From NCBI GenBank assembly GCA_000387965.1, contig APJZ01000002.1:160299-192298 (forward strand): a stretch of DNA of 32,000 nucleotides, in the 5' to 3' direction. A program made the position numbers and the translations under genes. The stretch comes from Candidatus Nanobsidianus stetteri (GTDB lineage Archaea; Nanobdellota; Nanobdellia; Nanobdellales; Nanobdellaceae). Positions 26,269-32,000 of this stretch are shown here, in pieces; position 1 is the stretch's first letter, and every line of letters starts with the position of its first letter. The notes below the pieces were generated by a model. It was not told the origin of the DNA and did no database searches. It saw nothing but the letters and a program-made list of their open reading frames with translations.

Positions 26269-27555
26269 ATGGAATACATACCTAGGGTATTATTAAATGA
26301 AATTATAGAATATATTGATAGAAGAGAAATTATAGCAATTAAAGGACCAAGACAGTCTGGAAAGACAACATTATTAAAAATGTTAAAAGATTTTCTGATA
26401 AATAAAAAAAATATTGATGAAGATCATATTATTTATATAACCTTTGAAGATAATGAAATTCTATATAAGTTTTCGGAAAATCCCAAAGATTTTATAAGAA
26501 AATATATAACAGATAATAAAAGATATTATTTTTTAATAGATGAAGCACAGTATTGTAAAGATCTGGGAAAAAAATTAAAATTAATATATGATCTTTTTGA
26601 AAATATAAAAATCATTATAACAGGATCATCATCATTAGAATTAAAAAATGAAACTGCAAAATATTTGGTTGGTAGATTATTAGAATTTGAATTATATCCT
26701 ATAAACTTTTACGAATTTTTATTATATAAAGATCAAAAAATTGCTAAAATATATAGAGAATGGAATGAAAAAATATTAAATCTTTTGATAAATAATAGCG
26801 ATTTTGAGATTAAAAAAGATGTAGATATATATATTAATGATTTATTAAAGTATTTAAATGAATATATAAAGTTTGGAGGATATCCTGCCATAGTAAAAGC
26901 TAAAAGTGAAAAAGAAAAAATATTTTTGTTGAAAAATCTTATAAATACATATTTAGATAGGGATATTGTTTCTTTTTTAAATATAAGAGATATTATTAAA
27001 TTTAGAAGATTGATTACGGCACTATCATCTTTAAATGGGTCTTTGATAAATATAACGCAATTAGCAAATGAAGTAAATAGCTATTTTAAAGAAATTATAG
27101 ATCTATTAGATATTTTAGAGCAAACATATATTATAAGAAGGATAAGACCATTTCATAAAAATTTGGTTACAGAATTAAAGAAAGAAAATAAAATATATTT
27201 TGTAGATACAGGATTAAGAAATTATTTAATAAATAATTTTAATGATATAGAAATTAGAAATGATTCTGGAACTCTTATAGAGAATTTTATATTAAATGAG
27301 TTATATCAATATGGAAAAATTAATTTTTGGAGAACAAAAAATAAAGCAGAAGTAGATTTTATATTTGAAGGGAAAGAAATAATACCAATAGAAGTTAAAT
27401 TCTCTACCATAAAGAAAAATATTTTAACTAAGAGTTTATATTCTTTTATAAAAAATTATAATAGTAAATTTTCTATAATTGTTACAAAAAATTATTGGGG
27501 AGAAAGAATTATAAATGGTAATAAAATAAAATATATTCCTCTAGTATATTTTTAA
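26269..27555 (+). CDS. AAA-family ATPase with C-terminal DUF4143-like (PD-(D/E)XK-like) domain
   Basis: Walker A GPRQSGKTT, Walker B YYFLIDEAQ, and C-terminal EVDFIFEGKEIIPIEVKFS. The architecture is typical of the archaeal AAA_14/DUF4143 family. Confidence 0.75.
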   Translation: MEYIPRVLLNEIIEYIDRREIIAIKGPRQSGKTTLLKMLKDFLINKKNIDEDHIIYITFEDNEILYKFSENPKDFIRKYITDNKRYYFLIDEAQYCKDLGKKLKLIYDLFENIKIIITGSSSLELKNETAKYLVGRLLEFELYPINFYEFLLYKDQKIAKIYREWNEKILNLLINNSDFEIKKDVDIYINDLLKYLNEYIKFGGYPAIVKAKSEKEKIFLLKNLINTYLDRDIVSFLNIRDIIKFRRLITALSSLNGSLINITQLANEVNSYFKEIIDLLDILEQTYIIRRIRPFHKNLVTELKKENKIYFVDTGLRNYLINNFNDIEIRNDSGTLIENFILNELYQYGKINFWRTKNKAEVDFIFEGKEIIPIEVKFSTIKKNILTKSLYSFIKNYNSKFSIIVTKNYWGERIINGNKIKYIPLVYF

Positions 27556-27559
27556 TAAT

Positions 27560-27916
27560 TTAGAAATTTATTTCATAGTATTTTGCTAAATCTTCTAATC
27601 TCTTTGCTTCCTTTTTCATATTAATTATAAATAAACTTTTTGGATTATCCCATTCTTCTTTTGTAAATGCAAAGAATTCGATATCTCCTTTAGAATATTT
27701 ATATAGTTTTTCTAACCTTTCTATATATCTTAGATTTTTAAAATCATCAGATATTATTACTAAATCTAAATCACTTGTATCTAGGTAATCTCCTCTAGCT
27801 CTAGAACCCACAACATAAACATCAATTATATTAATTTCTTTTTTTATATCATTTATTACTTCTATAGCTTTTTTTAATAGTTCTTTCTGACTTTTAATAG
27901 CAGATCTTGCTTTCAT
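27560..27916 (-). CDS. Minimal nucleotidyltransferase (MNT) of a HEPN-MNT pair
   Basis: VYVVGSRARGDYLDTSDLDLVIIS (GS...DxD), preceded by a roughly 35-aa helix. The start overlaps the HEPN stop by ATGA. Confidence 0.75.
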   Translation of the reverse strand: MKARSAIKSQKELLKKAIEVINDIKKEINIIDVYVVGSRARGDYLDTSDLDLVIISDDFKNLRYIERLEKLYKYSKGDIEFFAFTKEEWDNPKSLFIINMKKEAKRLEDLAKYYEINF

Positions 27917-28302
27917 TTAATAAATTTCTTAACCCAATTAACGATTTTTTCAGCCATATTTAAATATTCTTCCGCATCCTTTTTATCATACAATAAATAT
28001 GGTAAACTATTTGCTGCATCAGGATATATAGAAATAGTATAATTTGGATTTAATTTTAAGGCTTCTTTTCTTATTTCTTCAACATTTAAATTTACTTCTT
28101 CTTTAATTATATCTAACATTTTACTTAAATCATGTGTTTTTACATCCTTTCCAAAATATAATAATAAAGCTTCCAAACATTTTTCAGCTGCTTGATGTGA
28201 ATAAAAAGTAGAAGCATAATATTTATTATTATTTAATAATACCTTTGCTGTATCTAAATCTTCCAAAGATTGCTTTAACCATAATTCAACATTCTCTCTC
28301 AT
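27913..28302 (-). CDS. HEPN domain protein of a HEPN-MNT pair
   Basis: 129 aa. YYASTFYSHQAAEKCLEALLLYFGKDVKTHDLSKML matches the classical HEPN (PF05168-like) helix pattern with the conserved THDL. Confidence 0.75.
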   Translation of the reverse strand: MRENVELWLKQSLEDLDTAKVLLNNNKYYASTFYSHQAAEKCLEALLLYFGKDVKTHDLSKMLDIIKEEVNLNVEEIRKEALKLNPNYTISIYPDAANSLPYLLYDKKDAEEYLNMAEKIVNWVKKFIK

Positions 28303-28325
28303 AATATTATATTTAATTCTATCCT

Positions 28326-30560
28326 TTATAAAATAAGTTTCATTATTTCATCAATTTTATTTTCAATTATTAATTTATTTTCCTTATATAATTGTTGGTA
28401 TATATATTCTGTTATATATGGTAATATTGGGTGTAACATAATTAAGATTATTTTATATATGGTATATAATAGATATTTTGCAGTCTTGTCATCATTTTTT
28501 ATTCTTTCCTTTATTTTTTCTAAATAATTATTTGCAAAATCTTCCCATGTAAATTTTCTCCATAATTTTACATATTCAGAATATCTAAATTGGTCAACAT
28601 ATTCTTTAGATTCTTTAATATTTTCTTCTAATATTTTTATTATTTCCCTATCTTCATCTTTTAATTCTAGAACCTTTTCCGGCTTTTCTTTTATATTCAT
28701 TTCAATATATCTCCCAATGTTCCATAATTTTATTATAAAAGCCTGTCCAGATTCAATATCTTTTATATTAAATCTATAATCATTACCTGGTGCAGCTAAT
28801 AGAGCCCAATATCTTAAAGCATCTGGAGAATATTTATCCATTATTTCATTAGGATTTATAGCATTTCCCAAAGATTTAGACATTTTCCTTCCTTTTTCAT
28901 CTAATACCATTCCATGAATTAATGCATATTTCCATGGATTTTTATTTGTTAATAAATTTACTCTAACAATTGTATCAAATAGCCATGTTCTTATTATTTC
29001 ATATCCTTGTTGCCTTAAATCTACGGGCAAGTATTCCTTTATTTTATTAAATAATTCGGGTAATTCTTTTGGATTAAATTCTTTATTTTCTGTCAATGCA
29101 TAATATAATATTACCAAAGGTGTTATTGAAGATTCAATCCATACATCAACTGTTTCATCTTCAAAGAATTTACCATTATATTTTTTTACTTTTTCTTTTT
29201 CTATTCTTGGATCAATTGGTAAATCTTCTATATTTACTGGATATATTTTTCCATCTTTTTCATAGAATGGGAATGTAAGACCCCATAACATTTTTGTCCT
29301 AGAAATGTTCCAATCCTGGTCTATATTATTTATCCAATCAATTAATCTTTTTACTTCACTTTCAGGAATTATTTTTATATCTTTTTGCCATTCCAATATT
29401 TTTTCTTTTAAATCTTTTATTTTTATAAAAAATTGTTCTTTTGGAATAAATTCTAATGGTGATAAACAATCTGATCTCTCAGTATGAGATAATACATTAT
29501 GATTTATCTTTTCTATTTTATATATATAATCCTTTAATATTTCTTTCATTTTTTCTCTTGCCTCTTCAACTTTTAATCCATTTATTTCATTTATATTTGA
29601 TATTATTCTTCCATCTTCTGATATAGAAATTATTTCAGGTAAATTATATTTTTCTTTCCATTTTATATCATATGGATCTCCATATGTACATATCCAAACA
29701 ATTCCTGTTCCAAAATTATAATCTACATCATTATCAGAAATAATCTTTGCTTTTCTATTTATTAATGGAATTGTAACTTCTAAATTTTCTAATTCTTTAT
29801 AATCATATTCTCTTATAATTTTTAAATTATTTTTTTCTGCATATGCTTTTGATATAATTAAATTATTTTCAGTTTCTACATATTTATTTTTTGCAATTAA
29901 TATTAATGAACATGAATTAATTAATTCTGGTCTTGTTGTTGCTATTAATATATATTTCCCATTATTTGTTGGCAATTTTATATATATTAAATATCCTTCC
30001 TTTTCTAAATATCCAGCTTCTTGCATTGAAATTGCTGTTTGACATTTTGGACACCACATTATTGGATATCTTTTTCTTTCAATTAAATTATCATTAAACA
30101 TTTTTATCAATGTATATTGAACAAATGCTTCATATTTTCTATCAATTGTTTTATATACTTTATCTCTATCAAATGATGATCCCAATCTTTCAAATGTTTT
30201 ATACATAGATTCAATCATTTTATTTGTCCAATCAATACAAGCTTTTATAAACTGTTCTTTATTTTCTTTTGATATCTTTAATTTATTTATAACTTTTAAT
30301 TCTGTTGGTAAACCATGACAATCAAATCCCAAAGGAAAATATACATTATATCCTTCCAACCTTTTATATCTTGCTAAAAAATCTATCCATATAAATTCTA
30401 AAGCATGACCCATATGTGCCTCTCCAGAAGTAAATGGTGGTGGAGTATCTATTATATATCTTTTATCTTTATTAATATCAAATTTAAAAATTTCTTTATT
30501 TTTATTCCATAAGTTTAATATTTCCTTTTCAATTATTTTATAATCAGGCCTCTTATCCAT
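28326..30560 (-). CDS. valS: Valyl-tRNA synthetase (compact, 744 aa)
   Basis: IDTPPPFTSGEAHMGHA (HIGH-type), FPLGFDCHGLPTE, CP1 editing ATTRPEL, and KMSKS (GRKMSKSLGN). This pattern fits ValRS rather than IleRS or LeuRS. Confidence 0.8.
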   Translation of the reverse strand: MDKRPDYKIIEKEILNLWNKNKEIFKFDINKDKRYIIDTPPPFTSGEAHMGHALEFIWIDFLARYKRLEGYNVYFPLGFDCHGLPTELKVINKLKISKENKEQFIKACIDWTNKMIESMYKTFERLGSSFDRDKVYKTIDRKYEAFVQYTLIKMFNDNLIERKRYPIMWCPKCQTAISMQEAGYLEKEGYLIYIKLPTNNGKYILIATTRPELINSCSLILIAKNKYVETENNLIISKAYAEKNNLKIIREYDYKELENLEVTIPLINRKAKIISDNDVDYNFGTGIVWICTYGDPYDIKWKEKYNLPEIISISEDGRIISNINEINGLKVEEAREKMKEILKDYIYKIEKINHNVLSHTERSDCLSPLEFIPKEQFFIKIKDLKEKILEWQKDIKIIPESEVKRLIDWINNIDQDWNISRTKMLWGLTFPFYEKDGKIYPVNIEDLPIDPRIEKEKVKKYNGKFFEDETVDVWIESSITPLVILYYALTENKEFNPKELPELFNKIKEYLPVDLRQQGYEIIRTWLFDTIVRVNLLTNKNPWKYALIHGMVLDEKGRKMSKSLGNAINPNEIMDKYSPDALRYWALLAAPGNDYRFNIKDIESGQAFIIKLWNIGRYIEMNIKEKPEKVLELKDEDREIIKILEENIKESKEYVDQFRYSEYVKLWRKFTWEDFANNYLEKIKERIKNDDKTAKYLLYTIYKIILIMLHPILPYITEYIYQQLYKENKLIIENKIDEIMKLIL

Positions 30561-30592
30561 TCAAAAATATATATAAAAAATATATAAAAAGA

Positions 30593-30928
30593 CTATACCT
30601 CGTATATATTTTCCCTTACCTTGTTTTTAACCAACATAACTACTAGCATTCCTACTAAGAATAATGCAAGACCTCCTATTAATAAATAAACTCCAGTTTG
30701 CATTATTGATTGGAAGTTTGAATATACTGGTTGTAATAGAGTTCCCATTATATATATTAGAAGTCCTGCAAATTCTAATGCTAATCCTAAGTTTGATATA
30801 ATACATTTATCCATACCCTTTACTAGCATGTACATTAGTAATGATATTGCTACTGCCATTCCTATTCCCGATAAAAAAGATACCAATACTGAAAATACAG
30901 AAACCAAAACAACTTTTTTCCAATCCAT
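30593..30928 (-). CDS. Small integral membrane protein (hypothetical)
   Basis: 111 aa with three to four hydrophobic helices. It lies between rpoD and valS on the same strand. Confidence 0.5.
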   Translation of the reverse strand: MDWKKVVLVSVFSVLVSFLSGIGMAVAISLLMYMLVKGMDKCIISNLGLALEFAGLLIYIMGTLLQPVYSNFQSIMQTGVYLLIGGLALFLVGMLVVMLVKNKVRENIYEV

Positions 30929-30958
30929 TAATAAATTATATAATATTTATTTATAAGT

Positions 30959-31732
30959 TTATTTAGATAAAAATTCTAACAAATTGTTTAATTTATTTTG
31001 TAATTCTTTAATAGCCAATGGTATTAATTTTTCTGCCGAATATTGACCAAATGATTCTATAATAAATATAAATTCATCCTTTGGTATAACCTTTATTTTT
31101 TCATTTGATGCTTTTTCTATTGAATCTAAAAAAGTTCTATCATATTCTTTTTCTTTTGGTATTTGTATTTTATTTTTCTTTATTTCTACTCCTAACAATT
31201 TTAAATTTTCCAATTCCTTTTCATCTAATTTTCCTTCTAATTTCAATTCTCCAGTTCTATAATAATAAACATGTCCAGGTATAAATTTTGCATGTTGTTT
31301 TCCATTACCAAGTATTGCGACAGCTTCTAATTTTACCTTTTGATTTTCATCAATATATGCAATCATTGTTTCTGGATAAACTACATATGTATCTTTTTTA
31401 TCTGACTTCAAATCAGAACCATATATATATCCTTTTTCATTCTTTTCTAAATAAAATTTTATTTCTTCATTTTCTTTAATATTTTCAGGAGTATTTAATA
31501 CAACCAAACCCAATCTATGTGCTAACATTTCATCCCATATTGCAGAATTATTTTCTATAATATAAACATCTTCAATTGCCAATGTTTTTACTTCTTCCAG
31601 TATTGCTCTCCTTAAAACATTTAAGAAATTCGGGGTTACATCTCTTATCAATAATTTTAACTTATATATTTTCTCATCTTTATCGACTGCATATTTATCA
31701 GTAGATTTTTCTAATAATGATATTTCTGGCAT
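30959..31732 (-). CDS. rpoD: DNA-directed RNA polymerase subunit D (Rpo3)
   Basis: PNFLNVLRRAILEEVKTLAIEDVYIIENNSAIWDEMLAHRLGLVVL and GNGKQHAKFIPG are the RpoD/Rpb3-family signatures. 257 aa with no cysteine. Confidence 0.87.
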   Translation of the reverse strand: MPEISLLEKSTDKYAVDKDEKIYKLKLLIRDVTPNFLNVLRRAILEEVKTLAIEDVYIIENNSAIWDEMLAHRLGLVVLNTPENIKENEEIKFYLEKNEKGYIYGSDLKSDKKDTYVVYPETMIAYIDENQKVKLEAVAILGNGKQHAKFIPGHVYYYRTGELKLEGKLDEKELENLKLLGVEIKKNKIQIPKEKEYDRTFLDSIEKASNEKIKVIPKDEFIFIIESFGQYSAEKLIPLAIKELQNKLNNLLEFLSK

Positions 31733-31753
31733 TTAAAATTTTTATAAAAATTG

Positions 31754-31761
31754 TTTATAAA
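31754..31761 (-). promoter_or_regulatory. TATA box (TTTATAAA) for rpoD
   Basis: Exact octamer 21 nt upstream of the rpoD start (31732), squeezed between rpoD and the tRNA-Val 3' end (31765). Confidence 0.4.
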
Positions 31762-31764
31762 TTT

Positions 31765-31837
31765 TGGGACCGCGGGGATTCGAACCCCGGACCTCCACCT
31801 TGTAAGGGTGGCGTCATAGCCACTAGACCACGGTCCC
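31765..31837 (-). tRNA. tRNA-Val (anticodon UAC)
   Basis: The reverse complement GGGACCGTGGTCTAGTGGCTATGACGCCACCCTTACAAGGTGGAGGTCCGGGGTTCGAATCCCCGCGGTCCCA folds canonically. Anticodon stem CCACC/GGTGG with loop CTTACAA. 73 nt, no encoded CCA. Confidence 0.92.
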
Positions 31838-31863
31838 TTTCATTTAATATTTTTGTAAAAATT

Positions 31864-32000
31864 TTAAAATACTATTGAAGATTCATATTCAATATCTGTA
31901 GTCTTTAAATATACAATAATTTTATCTTCTTTTATTTTTCTTCTTATTGATAATAAACCTTTATCTAAATAAATATTAAATATATAATATTCCAATTCAT
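31864..32000 (-). CDS. 3' end of an unidentified CDS entering from beyond the window
   Basis: The minus-strand frame is open from the window edge for 44 codons (..ELEYYIFNIYLDKGLLSIRRKIKEDKIIVYLKTTDIEYESSIVF), ending at the TAA at 31864-31866. It is not in the ORF track because no Met lies in the window. Identity unknown. Confidence 0.3.
   Translation of the reverse strand, partial: ELEYYIFNIYLDKGLLSIRRKIKEDKIIVYLKTTDIEYESSIVF

Noticed and set aside
29096-29487. Plus-strand ORFs 29096-29278 and 29305-29487
   Set aside because: They are nested antisense in valS.
31288-31479. 63-aa plus-strand ORF
   Set aside because: It is nested antisense in rpoD.
28326-31837. valS lying 1.2 kb from its cognate tRNA-Val on the same strand as a functional linkage
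   Set aside because: Two unrelated genes (rpoD and a membrane protein) lie between them and rpoD has its own TATA box. This is most likely coincidence in a small genome.

Overview
Very AT-rich, tightly packed archaeal chromosome segment. Supporting evidence: four GC-rich tRNAs in an AT-rich background, archaeal-type LeuRS and ValRS, RNA polymerase subunit D, ribosomal protein S3Ae, a short archaeal TIM and a class III signal-peptide pilin. Composition and compaction suggest a thermophilic small-genome archaeon, possibly DPANN/Nanoarchaeota-like; this is inference, not tested. Genes abut or overlap: a TAATG stop/start, an ATGA overlap, a 0-bp convergent junction at 16064/16065 and a 15-nt convergent overlap at 20756-20770. 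Content falls into four groups. (1) Housekeeping: leuS, valS, rpoD, rps3ae, RNase Z, tpiA, PGI/PMI, an RlmI-like methyltransferase, and tRNA-Arg, Ser, Gly and Val. (2) Envelope: a DUF2341-like sequon-rich protein running off the 5' edge, a GT-C glycosyltransferase, a pilin, a processive GT2 with QxxRW, a P2-type ATPase and an ABC-2 exporter. (3) An accessory block at about 3.3-8.4 kb: two orphan helical proteins, a tandem pair of HExxH paralogs (one frame-broken), VapBC, a frame-broken MNT and a 424-bp non-coding gap. (4) A second HEPN-MNT pair behind valS and an AAA/DUF4143 ATPase. Main hunt results: a textbook C/D box sRNA at 22896-22958 that no ORF explains. Both broken genes can be restored by a -1 shift at X_XXY_YYZ heptamers. 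tRNA-Gly is wedged 8 nt after one CDS and 4 nt before the next. One protein carries a Q/G/N-rich FG-like disordered domain. An exact palindromic TTTATAAA box lies 21-24 nt upstream of several start codons, implying leaderless mRNAs, and AT-boxes sit at similar spacing before three tRNAs. No CRISPR array, transposase or integrase was seen. No database search or computation was possible; all family calls rest on motifs read by eye.
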